64,000 bases of DNA. Source: Octopus sinensis. Taxonomy: Eukaryota. Shown in pieces: positions 13,757 to 26,337 of the stretch (positions are counted from its first letter, which is position 1; each line of letters opens with the position of its first letter). The DNA lies in assembly GCF_006345805.1 (NCBI RefSeq), contig NC_043012.1:30132001-30196000 (forward strand). Direction: 5' to 3'. The notes under the pieces are model-generated. The model was given only the letters and a program-made list of their open reading frames with translations, was not told the DNA's origin and did not search any database. The position numbers and the translations under genes were made by a program.

Positions 13757-13965
13757 TTAAGGTGCAAAGGCAGCAGTTTTGAGGGGAGAGTGCCAGTCGA
13801 TTGGCCTCACTGCTCAACTGGCATTCTATTTTATCTACCCCAGGAGGATGAAAAGCAAAGTTTACTTGGGGAAGATTTGAACTCAGAATATAAATGTTGG
13901 AAGAAAAACTGTAAAGAGATTTTTACCAATGCCCTAACAGTTCTGCCAACTCATCACCTTAACAG
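13757..13965 (-). mobile_element. SINE family 2, decayed
   Basis: Reverse complement matches GGTGATGAGTTGGCAGAACTGTTAG...TTCTGAGTTCAAATC..., the family seen at 20808-20993. Confidence 0.6.
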
Positions 13966-14413
13966 TAATAAATGAAATACCTTAATTGTGTTTTTTCACT
14001 ACCTAACCTAACCAGCCAGCCAGCCAGCCAGCTTCTCTTAACACAAAATATGATACTTTAGTTTATTTCATTAGAAATCTGGTTACCAAAGCGATAAAGA
14101 AATGTTGTTTTTCGACTTGGAATTTTTTTTCCACTTTTTAGCTAATGAGAAAGGAAAGAAAAATAAAGCAAATTTCTTTGTAAATTTTTCCTGCTGGTGT
14201 GTCTAGGACTACTTAACTAATTAAGTTAGCTATTTGCATTTGAATTGTTAAAAAGCTTTTTCTTTTTCAAATTTGTATGCACTTGCTCACAACATGGACG
14301 AAGGAGAACAGTGTCTTGTCTAGCGGGCAGAGTACAATGTTTATTATTTAGTTTTAAGCACTTTTAAATCTTGATTACAGTATTTGTATGAAACACGCGG
14401 TCGGTGACATTTG

Positions 14414-14453
<40 letters not shown>

Positions 14454-14455
<2 letters not shown>

Positions 14456-15745
14456 TTGTCATCATCATTGTTTAGTGTCTGTCTTCCATGCATGCATGCA
14501 TAGGACGGTTGACAGAAGCTGGCAAGGTAGAAAAAGTACCCTAGGCTGCTGTGTTTGATTTGGCAGGGATTTTATGGCAGGATGCCCTTCCTAACACCAA
14601 TGACCCAGTAGAGGGAACTGAGTGCTTTTTATGTGGCACTAGCACATGATTTTACAGCTGGATGCCCTTTCAAATGCCAAATAGATTACAGTGTGGACTG
14701 GATGCCTTTAACGTGTCACCAGCACTGGCAGGGTAACCAAGCAGCTCACAAGACAAGGAATTATGAGAGGTGGGGGGAACTTGAGTCAGAAGGTGAAAGG
14801 TTAGAGTGTGAGAAAGAGACAGTTGTCTTGCCACAACAGGAGTGGGGGGGGCGTTAGAGGAGGTGATCCAGTATCAAATGAGGAAAGGTTAAAGTGTAAC
14901 AGAGAAATAGAGAGGCAGAAAGAGGTGACTTGCTATAGAAGTAGTACATGGTTACCCAGAGAGAGAGAGAGAACCAGCAAAAGGTAAGAGAGAGCAGAAG
15001 AGAGATGGTGTAGTGCTAGGGTATATTCACAAATAACACCAATATGAGCATTGAACCTGGTTAGCAAAATAAAAAGATGCAGTTAGAAGAGGAGTTGAAG
15101 TTTGAGATCTTAGGGTAGAGTGGGTGGAAAGTGTTTTGTTACATGTGGGTGGGACACAACTCTTTTGGCACTCAGTTTTGTGGACGGGTCTTCTCTAGAA
15201 CCTGATATTGCCAAACATCTCAGTCTACTGTCATTTTCTCCGTGAGCCCCAACATCCTATGATCAGTCCTCACCACTTCATCCCATGTCTTCCTGGGTCT
15301 CCCTCTTCTGCATGTACCCTCCACTTCCAGTGACAGGCACTTTTGTATACAACTGTCTTTACTCATACGCATCACATGTCCAAACCAATGCAGTCTCCTC
15401 TCCTGCATACCACATTTAATCTCTCTTATGCCTAACTTTTCTCTCAACACAGTTGTGACCTGTCGGTCATGCACACTGATGTTGCAAATCCAATGGAGTG
15501 TACTACCTTCATTCCTCTCCAGTCTACACATGTCCTCCACAGTCAGAGCCCATGTCTCACTACCATGTAACAGCCATTCTCACACAAGCATCATACCATC
15601 TACCTTTCACTCTGAGAGAGAATCCCTTTACTGCCAACAGAGGTAGTAGTAGTTCTCTGAACTTTCTCCACCCTATTCTTATTCTAGAAACAATACTTTC
15701 AGAGCACCCACCACCATTACTAATTTGATCTGACTACTTTCACTA
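14454..15745 (-). mobile_element. Older RTE LINE subfamily copy, 5'-truncated
   Basis: ORF 15220-15540 gives ERNEGS...QERRLHWFGHV...RRGRPRKTWDEVV. (CAT)n tail at ~14454-14470 and shared GGATGCCCTTCCTAAC motif. The 3' UTR differs from the younger copies. Confidence 0.85.
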
Positions 15746-16530
15746 ATTTTAGTAGAGAATATATATATATATATATATATTGTTTCAGTAATTTGACTGC
15801 GGCCATGCTGGAGCAGTATATATATATATATCATCAATTGTTTTAACATCCAATTTTGTATGCTTGGATGATGGGTTGCTTGGTTGGCAGATTTTCTAGA
15901 GCTGAATGCCTTTCCTGTTGCCAACCCTCACTTGTTTCCAAGTGTGATAATATTTTCTCATGGCCAGTCATGTTCTCATCAAATATTGGAAGCTCATGAC
16001 TCTGCTTGTATGACAGTGACACTCATTTACACTCATGTCACATGAAGGCAAGGAGACACAAATATACTCACACTCTGTTCACATATTTACATATACACAA
16101 TGGGCTTCTTTCTGTTTTTGTCTACCATATCAACCTGCAATGCTTTGGTCTATCCAGAACTATAGAAGAAACTTGCTCAATGTGCCACAATCCTGGTTGC
16201 ATCTACGAACAAACATCCATGTTTGCATGCACAGAGGTGAGAAATAATGAAAAGTATGTGAGCAAGTGTGACTAATGAAGAAGTGAGTGTGTGTGAGAGA
16301 TTTTCTTCATTTAGTCTCTAGCTTAGAGTTGATTCTGTTTGAGTTCCAATTGGACATATTCATCAATAGTTCTGAACAGGTTTAATTGGAATTCTAACGT
16401 AATTAACTCTGTAAACTTGTCACCAAATAAAGAATATAACACACTTAACTTGAAGTATTGATGACTTTATTCTGCATATACAGCAAGCCCTGCTCATGTA
16501 TATATATATATATATAAGAACAGAGTTTGC

Positions 16531-16590
<60 letters not shown>

Positions 16591-16598
16591 TATACACA

Positions 16599-16745
16599 TA
16601 AAGTAATCCTTTGACTATTGTGAGTGTTACGTTCTAAAAACTCCTGCAATAGGTGAAAATCCATGAAGTAGAAACAGTACTGTATTGTATGTTTTTAAAA
16701 AAATTGTTTATAATTTGTATATATTTATTTTATTTTTATGTATTT
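16599..16745. mobile_element. pogo/Tigger-like DNA transposon terminus (fragment)
   Basis: TA-AAGTAATCCTTTGACTATTGTGAGTGTTACGTTCTAAAAACTCCTGCAATAGGTGAAAATCCATGAAGTAG resembles a CpG-decayed TA|CAGTAATCCCTCG-type Tigger end. No partner end found. Confidence 0.4.
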
Positions 16746-17189
16746 AAGCTTTTATAAGAGTGGCCATTTCTTTTGTTTGTGCATATGAATGTCTATATGC
16801 TTGGCTATGTGGTTGAGAAGTGAAAGTCGTGTCCTAGCAACATGGTTTCAGGTCCTTTGGGCAAATACACGATACATTGGGTAGATGCCTTCTGTTATAG
16901 CCCTGGGCTGACCAAAGTCTTGTGAATGGATTTGGAGACTGAAAGGAAGCTGGCTGTGTGTGTGTGTGTGCGTGTGTATACATGTGGGTCCCTGTGCTTA
17001 TTTACAGCAGCATTTCTCTGAAATTGCTCAGCTGTGGGTTGTTGGCTTTCTTGTCATTTATCCTGTTAATGGGTTACTTGCTAGCTTTGTGTCTTTGATG
17101 ATTTGTGAAATGATATATCCCTTATTTAAGAAACAAGTAAGGATTAGCAATAGGAATAATATCCAGCTGTAAACCGTGTCTTAATAATA

Positions 17190-17625
17190 ATCATCATCAT
17201 CATTGTTTAACATCCACTTTCCATGCTGGCATGGATTGGACGGTTTGACTGAGGGCTGGTGAGCCAGATGGCTGCACCAGGCTCCAATCTTGATCCGGCA
17301 GAGTTTCTACAGCCAGAAGGCTATACCAGGCTGCAATCAGATCTGACAAAGTCTCTACCGCTGGATGCCCTTCCTAATGCCAACCACTCCAGTGGCATGA
17401 GGGCCAGTCAGGTGGTACTGGCATTGATCACACTTAAATGGTGCTTTCTATGTACCACCGATGGGAGCCAGTCAGGCGTCACTGGCAATGACCACGCTTG
17501 AATGGTGCTTTTTATGTGCCACCAGCATGGGACCAGTCAGCTGGCACTGGCATCAACCATCCTTGAATGGTACTTTTTACATGCCACCAGCACAGGAGCC
17601 ATTTAGGCAGCACTGGCATGTGTGT
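17190..17625 (-). mobile_element. RTE 3' UTR fragment (5'-truncated copy with ~4 repeat modules)
   Basis: (CAT)n tail, TTTAACATCCACTTTCCATGCTGGCATGG, and repeated GGTGCTTTT(A/C)TGTGCCACC modules. Confidence 0.8.
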
Positions 17626-17759
17626 CAGTCAGGCAGTACTGTTTAACTAACCAATGCTAGCATGGGATAGTGGATAGAAAAATGAACCAATGAAAAATCA
17701 AATATGTGTGTGTGTATAATGGAGAATGAACAAGCAAAACATGTGGTATCATTTTAGAA

Positions 17760-17850
17760 CAGTGGTTCCCAAAGTGGGCGATATTGCTCCCCTGTGGGAA
17801 GTGGAAAGTTCCTAAGGGGTGTTGAAGAAAAGTGGGGTGATAATGGGGTA
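17760..17850. mobile_element. hAT/Charlie-like terminus (fragment)
   Basis: CAGTGGTTCCCAAAGTGGG followed by G-rich subterminal sequence typical of hAT MITE ends. Other end not recognised. Confidence 0.4.
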
Positions 17851-18485
17851 ATGATTCATGTGAAAACAACAAAATAATGGGTTAATTAGGTTAAGTTTTA
17901 TTTGTGAAATACAGTTGCTTTCAGTTTGCTGCAGAAAGAAGTCTCTGTTTGTTGGGCTGGGGTGGTAGGAATGTAGGCCGGGTATCAAGAGGTGGCAACC
18001 CCCAAAAGTAATTAATTTATAATTAAACTTAGTGTAGAGTAGTTATAATAAAGTCTCTTACAGCTGTTTCTAGAATAGCTAAGCATGTGAATCGTATGTT
18101 ATTGAGTAAAGATTTCCACATAAGCTATGCTGTCATCAAAGGGAGAGAAATAAAAAATATCCTGAATCAAGGATATTAGTAGTTACCAGATTGTTGAAGA
18201 ACTAAGGAGTGTCCAAAGTAAAGGATAATAGTGATTGGTGGATTTATGATTGAAGAATTGAAGAAATTCTTAATAAAATCCTTTACTGTCATACAAGAGA
18301 TGTTTGTTTTCAGTCTTCTGTGGAAAACATGCTTGGCCATGGGGAAAATTACTTTGCTTGAAAAGAAGTGACACAGGAAGGGTATTTGGTGATAAAAAAA
18401 AATCTGTCAGACCCAAGCAAAATGGAAAAATGGACATTAAATGATGATGATTATATAGATTTGTTTGTGTGTGTGGATGGATGTA

Positions 18486-19690
18486 TTGGGTCATCCAATG
18501 AATAATGCAGCTTTTTCAATTGCATGAACTAAAAGTCAGAGGGGAGTGGGATAAACTACCTGCATCAACTTGCTATTAAAGCAGGTAGTAATTTTACCTT
18601 GTACTTATTCTTAGTGCTAGTTTTGAAGAGTGCAGTTTGATTTTAACAGTTATTTTTTCAAAACTCTAATGGAAGTGACATAGGAGCATATTCAGCATAT
18701 TTTGCTTTATGAGTTCAATAAAGGGACAACACAACAGAAAGTGCGAGGAATATTAATGTAGTATATGAGGATTGGACAATAAGCATAAGTTAGTGTGTCA
18801 ATGGTGGTTCCAGAAATTCCAAGCTGGAAACTACAGCCTAGAAGATGAGCCCTGTGCTGGAAGATCTATAAAGCTCAACAAGGATGTCCTGCAATCCCTG
18901 GTGGAACAAAATCCCATCGTAACTGTTGAAGAACTAGCAGAGAAACTTGGATTTGGTCATTCAACCATTCATTGACACCTAAATGCCATCAGAAAAGTCA
19001 GCAAATTGGGTCAATGAGTTTCTCACAAACTTTCTGAGTCTAAGCATGCCCAGAGAGTGCTCTTCTTTGCTGTCATGTCTCATGAATGAACCCTTTTTGG
19101 ATTGAATAGTGACTGGTGACAAGAAATGGGTTCTCTATAAAAATGTCTAGGACCAAAGACAGTGGGTAGGAAAAGGAGAAACATTGGTGTCCCAGACTAA
19201 AGAAGGTCTTTACCCACATAAGGTGTTGTTATCTGTTTTGGTGGGATATGAAAGGGTTAGTTCACTTTGAACTTTTAAACCCAAACCAAACAATAACAAA
19301 GGAGATCTACTGTGAGCAGCTTGAGTGGCTTAAGTCAGCGCTAGAAGAAAAATGACCATCTTTGGTTTCAAGATGAAAGGTGTTCTTCCATCAGCATAGT
19401 GTTTGGCCACATACAGCAAGGATGACATTCCAAAGGCTGGAGTAGATCGAATGCCCCATCTGATTATCGTTTATTCTACAGTTTTCAAAATCATTGGATG
19501 GGAAGAATATGGATTGTGTAGATGAGATCAGAACAGTACTGGAGGAGTAGTTTTCATCATGGACAAGTGAGTTTTGGAAGAGGGGCCTTGCAAGTCTGCC
19601 AGATAGATGGAAGAGCATTGTAGAAAATGAAGGAGAGTATATTTCAGATTAATTTTGAAAAATATAAGAAGTATAAAAAAATTGCATTGA
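18486..19690 (+). mobile_element. mariner (DD34D-type) transposon relic with disrupted transposase (~18669-19652)
   Basis: TA-flanked left TIR TTGGGTCATCCAATGAATAATGC. Frame pieces WFQKFQAGNYSLEDEPCAGRS, TVEELAEKLG, IVTGDKKW, WWDMKG, YCEQL, FHQHS and PSDY. Right TIR only partial (AAAAAATTGCATT). Confidence 0.9.
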
Positions 19691-20049
19691 AATATTAGTT
19701 CAGTGGTTTTCTTTATTCACAACATTTGAATTAAAGATATTTAGACTTTATAAGCATCAGTTTGAGAAAAACAAAAGAAAATAAAATAAAGACAAGACCA
19801 GCATTTGATCTCCTGATAAGACTTGAAGTCCAAGCTTTTACTTGTGGGTGGCCACTTTACTGAATGTTACTAACACATAATTCATAGTTTGTTATTGATA
19901 AAGAGAAAAAGAAAAACTATTACCATCTGTAAGAAAATAATTTAGTTTCTACTGTTAATATTTTTTCTTTCTTTCTTTATTTTTTATTAATTTGCTCCAC
20001 ATTTCACCAAATTTTCTCCCCTCTCAGTCTAAATGCAAAATTAGCCTAA

Positions 20050-20267
20050 CCCTTCAGTTTTCAGATTACTGCCACTTGTGCAATGCTTATTTATTCAAAT
20101 TATTTTGAATTAATTATAGTTTATAATGCTTCAAGGTTTCGATGATGTGATTGTTTATTTTTCAGAATGATATAATAGAGTATTTGTGAGAGGCCAAATG
20201 TGGCTGATTTAAATATATAAAAGTAGAACGTTAAGGCAGGAAACGGGCTAGTTTAAATGTTAAGGGG
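20050..20267. mobile_element. piggyBac-like MITE
   Basis: CTAA|CCCTT ... AAGGGG|TTAA termini (TTAA-type target) around a ~220-bp AT-rich non-coding interior. Confidence 0.5.
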
Positions 20268-20807
20268 TTAACCACGGATTTAAGGAATTGGTTAAAGATT
20301 TGCCTTCAGTAAATTTTTGTCAGCTCAGGGTTTCAAACAGATGTGGCTGAATTGTTATAGTGATGGCTTATTGGCTTGCGACTAAGTTTGTATCCCAACA
20401 CTAACAGTGAACAGTGCCTCTGAAAATGTACTTAACTTGTTGTCTCTGTACTCTTTAGACAGTATATAAAAAGGAGGCCAGGCCAACTATGAAGCCTCTG
20501 TGGTTAACCTAACAGAAATAGCAACCAAATGTCCTTAAATTTCATTCAATTGTCTTAAAAGAAAGTGTTGAATAATGTGGTCCTGGATTCATTATACCGC
20601 AGAAAAAGACAGGATGATCACAATTGGAACACCTTTGCTCATAAGTCTATTCAGGTATACCTGACTTGAGGCTAAACAGCTATATGATGATAAGGTGTTT
20701 AGTTGTGCCCCATTGACCGACCAGGTTACATATGATAAACCCGGGGACAGAGGTGAACACCACAAGGCACATAATTAAGTCTGCAATATATTCATTTACT
20801 CTTTGTA

Positions 20808-20993
20808 AGGTGATGAGCCGGCTGAATCGTTAGCATGCCTGGCATCTTCTGTCTTTATGTTCTGAATTCAAATTCCGCCAAGGTTGACTTTGCCTTTCAT
20901 CCCTTTTGAGGTTGACAAAATAAGTACTGGTTGAGCACTGGGGTCAGGGTAATCAACCCCTACTCTGAACTTTGTGCTAAAATTTGAAACCAA
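20808..20993 (+). mobile_element. tRNA-like SINE family 2
   Basis: GGTGATGAGCCGGCTGAATCGTTAGCATGCC...TTCTGAATTCAAATTCCGCCAAGGTTGACTTTGCCTTTCATCC...GACAAAATAAGTACTGG. Related copies at ~6080-6260, 26870-27290, 35800-36000, 39193-39395, 41752-41900, 48860-49290 and 61380-61470. Confidence 0.75.
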
Positions 20994-22757
20994 TGCTTAT
21001 TTATTTGTTGTAAATTAAAGGTTTGCAGTGAGATTGAAGTGTAGAAAGTAACAATCAATAATAGCTTTTTTCCCCAAAATGTTTTGTTTTTCTCCTTAGA
21101 AAATATCTCAACCTTAGGGTTAGGGTTACTGTTGTTATTTATAGGAAAAAAAAAAAAGAATTGAATATTTTAGATCATGTGATTGGTTTGGTAATATTTT
21201 ATATTTTAGTGCTGGGACAGTTACAACTGTCTGTCTGTAACACATGTTGACAGTGAGGAGGACAATGGCTAAAGAGTAAGCATTGAAAGCAAAGAACCAA
21301 AGCAGATGAGGGTTGGTGAAAGAAGGGCATTTGGTTGTACACAATCTGCTTTAGCGAATGCAATCTGACCCTTACAAACATAAAAAATTGAATGTTTAAA
21401 TGATGGTGATGATGATGATGACAGAATAATCGGTCTGTTTAACTTGAAATCAGTGTGTTATAACAAAAAACAAAAAAAAAAAAAAGCAATAAGCAATAGG
21501 TTTACTGTTATCTCTGTCTGTGATTGCTTGTAAATTATGTAGGGTAAGTTGAGGAAGTTGGTTTTAACAGTAAGGTCACCTACATTTAATGTGTAAGTCA
21601 AGTATTACTAGTTATTGATTAGTTATAGATTAGCATTGATAGTGTATCAGTGGATTGATTGGAATATGATTTGGAAGAGCCACATACTTGTTGTGATGTA
21701 ACACACTCTACCCTTCCCCCCACTCATACCCCTCCCCCATGCACACTCCACCACACTCCCTACTCACCTCCACTCATACTCTCTCACATATAGTCTCTCT
21801 CACACACAAACTAATCTAATCTGTGTTCTGAGGACCTATTGAGACGGATACGTGTTTCATTATGGGGTGGGGAAGGGTGGGGGTTGATTTGGTTCTTCAT
21901 TCCCTTAACGAGAGGAAGAAAGTCAGTGCCAGTATCCCTTTTCTAGTCTCCATGACTGGAATGAAGAAGTCCTTGAAGTGACCATGTAGCAGGGATGGGA
22001 GTGGGGTATGTAAGGTCATAGCAAATTGGACAACGAGTTGACAGGGAACTTGGCTGCCAATGTCTGAGGTGGTGGAAGGAGAGTCTATGGTTATCTTATC
22101 ATTGTGTAAGGGGCCTCTATTGTATCCATAGCCAGCACTCTCAACAACCAAATCCATCCAGGTTTAAGCTGTGGATGTGTGTCTATTGAAACAGTTACTG
22201 CAATAAACTGTCAAATGGTAATGAAGTAGTGAGGAAGAAGCAAGTTTGGTGTCTAATACCATTTTATTTCAGTAAGAGAGTCAACTCTTGGCATGGTTTA
22301 GTCTCATTCAGACCTCATCAGGGAAGTTTGAACTTTCCCATATTTGCTGAAGGATTTTAAGCAATGATTCCCAACCTTTTTTTGTATCTAGCAACACTCT
22401 TTGGAAATGTTTTATTAATTTTGCCACCTCACCTTACAAAAATTAAATAACGTTTGAAATTACAAGAATCAATTTCCAAATAACTAATTTGTTTAAAAAC
22501 AAAAACTGAATCGCATACAGTATTGGGGTATAATAAAGATTAAGTTATTTCAAGGAGTAAGTCAATAGTTTTATTCTGAAGAGTAATTTTGATAGAGTAT
22601 ATACTTTCTCTCTTTTGTTGCACATCCTGAGATGCATTCCCAAGAGGCAGGGGTATCCCAGGCTAGTAATGCCTGGTGGAGAATGTTGCTGCTACCATTC
22701 ATTCGTATGAATTTAGTCCCTGTGTTTATGTGCAATCTACTCCAATGTCCCCTTGCT

Positions 22758-25645
22758 CTTCTAAAATGTGACCCCTCCACAAGAAACCTGTTCTGCTTTT
22801 ACCTCTTGTATCAGTAACCCCTCATCTCCTATCATAGATAGTGTGAGTGATGGTGGAATTGGTAAAGCATCATTCAAAATGACTTATGGTATTTAATCCT
22901 TTCACATTCTGGTATTGTGTTGCTGAGGTGGCTGCTGCCTTCCATCTGTCCTCCCAGGGATGTAGCTGAAATAAGTTAAGCTTTAAAAGATTGACTTGAA
23001 ACAATTCTGTTGACTGATACAAACTATCCCTGATTGCACAAACCCACAATTCATATGTTCGCAGAGGAAAGATAAGCAACAGGGGTGAATGTGGGTTTAC
23101 TAACAAGTAACAAAAAAGAAGAAAGAGAATTAATAGTGTGTAGTTGTTGTTGTTACCAGCACTATTGCTGCTGCTGCTGCTGCTACTACTACCACCACCA
23201 CCACCACCCTGTCTAGTAATGTCAGTGTTGTAAAATCTAAAAGACAATTTCTTGTAAATTGATGGTGCTGTTATTAGATTAAATATAACTGATCCCAAAT
23301 AACTAATGGTTTGTCCCTTAAATCACATTTTAACATTTTTGGAAAATTGGACACATTAATTATGATCATAGATGCAATACGTCTTGGGCTGGGGATGAGG
23401 CCATGTCTTGAACACCTTTGATTGTAAGTCTTGAATTAGTTGATTAAAAATAAAGGCCAGCCAAATACTGGGGTTCATGAAGTTCGTCAGCCCCCCCCCA
23501 TCTCTATAAAATTAATCTCCTGCTTTCTGTTAGACATGTTTTTATCATTGTTGTGTTGCTGAAGACTGAGTCTTTTTATTACGTTTATGCCACATTCCCA
23601 TTTAATTTGTGTCATTTATTTGTAAAAGCAGGAAGTAGGACAGGTGAATCTTTTTTTTTTATGTAAACCAGGATGAAGTCATTAAAGTAATAAGATCTCA
23701 GGTGCCTCAATCAACCATTGGCTGTTATTTTTTAACCCTAGGTTAGTCCAGATAGAACAGAACTTATAATATTAAAGGCATTCAATCTGTGATTACCCCC
23801 CCCCCCCATTCACTTCTACATGCCTCATACCTTGAGTGTCCACATTTTATCACTAGTTTTTATCTCTTTCCCACACTACCCCAATCACCTCCCCTCTCTT
23901 CTAATATATGAGCAGTTATGTGACTCCTACAGCAAGAAACCTGTACTGCCCTGGCCCCTCCTCTTATACTTTAACCCTCATCTAACATAAAGCTGCCTCT
24001 GTTAGGGGTTTGTAAGTCTTGGAAGCAGTATAATGACCTCAACTAGTGCTGGTGGCATGACAAAAGCACCCAGTGCATGCTGTAAAGTAGTTGGCATTTG
24101 AAAGGGCATCCAGCCATAGTAAATAGTGGAGTGGAATGTAGTCCTTGGGCCCATTGGATCCTGTCAAACCGTCCAACCCATACCAGCATGGAACATGGCT
24201 TCTAAAATGTGACCCCTCCACAAGAAACCTGTTCTGCTTTTACCTCTTGTATCAGTAACCCCTCATCTCCTATCATAGATAGTGTGAGTGATGGTGGAAT
24301 TGGTAAAGCATCATTCAAAATGACTTATGGTATTTAATCCTTTCACATTCTGGTATTGTGTTGCTGAGGTGGCTGCTGCCTTCCATCTGTCCTCCCAGGG
24401 ATGTAGCTGAAATAAGTTAAGCTTTAAAAGATTGACTTGAAACAATTCTGTTGACTGATACAAACTATCCCTGATTGCACAAACCCACAATTCATATGTT
24501 CGCAGAGGAAAGATAAGCAACAGGGGTGAATGTGGGTTTACTAACAAGTAACAAAAAAGAAGAAAGAGAAATTAATAGTGTGTAGTTGTTGTTGTTACCA
24601 GCACTATTGCTGCTGCTGCTGCTGCTACTACTACCACCACCACCACCACCCTGTCTAGTAATGTCAGTGTTGTAAAATCTAAAAGACAATTTCTTGTAAA
24701 TTGATGGTGCTGTTATTAGATTAAATATAACTGATCCCAAATAACTAATGGTTTGTCCCTTAAATCACATTTTAACATTTTTGGAAAATTGGACACATTA
24801 ATTATGATCATAGATGCAATACGTCTTGGGCTGGGGATGAGGCCATGTCTTGAACACCTTTGATTGTAAGTCTTGAATTAGTTGATTAAAAATAAAGGCC
24901 AGCCAAATACTGGGGTTCATGAAGTTCGTCAGCCCCCCCCCCCCCATCTCTATAAAATTAATCTCCTGCTTTCTGTTAGACATGTTTTTATCATTGTTGT
25001 GTTGCTGAAGACTGAGTCTTTTTATTACGTTTATGCCACATTCCCATTTAATTTGTGTCATTTATTTGTAAAAGCAGGAAGTAGGACAGGTGAATCTTTT
25101 TTTTTTATGTAAACCAGGATGAAGTCATTAAAGTAATAAGATCTCAGGTGCCTCAATCAACCATTGGCTGTTATTTTTTAACCCTAGGTTAGTCCAGATA
25201 GAACAGAACTTATAATATTAAAGGCATTCAATCTGTGATTACCCCCCCCCCCATTCACTTCTACATGCCTCATACCTTGAGTGTCCACATTTTATCACTA
25301 GTTTTTATCTCTTTCCCACACTACCCCAATCACCTCCCCTCTCTTCTAATATATGAGCAGTTATGTGACTCCTACAGCAAGAAACCTGTACTGCCCTGGC
25401 CCCTCCTCTTATACTTTAACCCTCATCTAACATAAAGCTGCCTCTGTTAGGGGTTTGTAAGTCTTGGAAGCAGTATAATGACCTCAACTAGTGCTGGTGG
25501 CATGACAAAAGCACCCAGTGCATGCTGTAAAGTAGTTGGCATTTGAAAGGGCATCCAGCCATAGTAAATAGTGGAGTGGAATGTAGTCCTTGGGCCCATT
25601 GGATCCTGTCAAACCGTCCAACCCATACCAGCATGGAACATGGCT
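22758..25645. repeat. Direct tandem duplication, two units of ~1.44 kb (22758-24198 and 24199-25643)
   Basis: Both units start CTTCTAAAATGTGACCCCTCC and end CCAGCATGGAACATGG, with 2-bp CT junction microhomology. The only differences I saw are homopolymer lengths. Confidence 0.95.
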
Positions 25646-25795
25646 ATTAAATAATGATGAAGATATATGACCTATGACTATGTTGTTGAATCTGTCCTTA
25701 CTTTTGCAATGAAAGTAAAGTATTATTTGAGGGAATTTCGGCTGCTCTCTTTTTTTTGTTTGTTTGTTTTGGCAGGTTGAGTTATTTTAGTAGGT

Positions 25796-25931
25796 CAAAC
25801 CATTGGTTGTTTGTGATCAGTTATATTTAATCTAATGACAATACTATCATATTACTTAATTTAGAGTAAGAACTTTTTATTTTTTATCTTTCTACATCAC
25901 TAAATAGCATGGTGGTAGTAGTTGTAGTAAC

Positions 25932-25962
<31 letters not shown>

Positions 25963-26120
25963 ATTATTACACACTATTAATTTCTCTTCTTCTTTGTTAT
26001 TCATGAGTAAACCCACACCCACTCCTGCTGCTTATCTTTTTCCTTGTGAACCAATGGGTTTGTGCAATCAGGGATTTTCTCTGTGATTCAGTTGAATTGT
26101 TTGAGTCAGTTAATCTTAGA
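25796..26120 (-). repeat. Diverged inverted copy (~330 bp) of 22985-23313 / 24426-24755
   Basis: GATCAGTTATATTTAATCTAAT, TACACACTATTAATT, AGTAAACCCACA and TGGGTTTGTGCAATCAGGGA are reverse complements of motifs in the duplicated unit, in colinear inverted order. Confidence 0.8.
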
Positions 26121-26167
26121 ACTGAACTCTTCTGTGGAGAACCACTTCATTGACAATGAAGTATGAG

Positions 26168-26219
<52 letters not shown>

Positions 26220-26305
26220 GCAGTAGATGGAGAAAAGTAGACCGAAAATGTTTAATGTAATGTAAAACTATAGTAGCAGTTCTGTGTATTATTATTACTA
26301 TCATT

Positions 26306-26337
<32 letters not shown>

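Noticed and set aside
21113-21128. TTAGGG telomeric repeat
   Set aside because: Only about 2.5 units, which is expected by chance.
22870-23298. 142-aa minus-strand ORF with poly-G/S/N tract
   Set aside because: It runs through a trinucleotide microsatellite, has no recognisable domain and is frameshifted in the duplicate unit.
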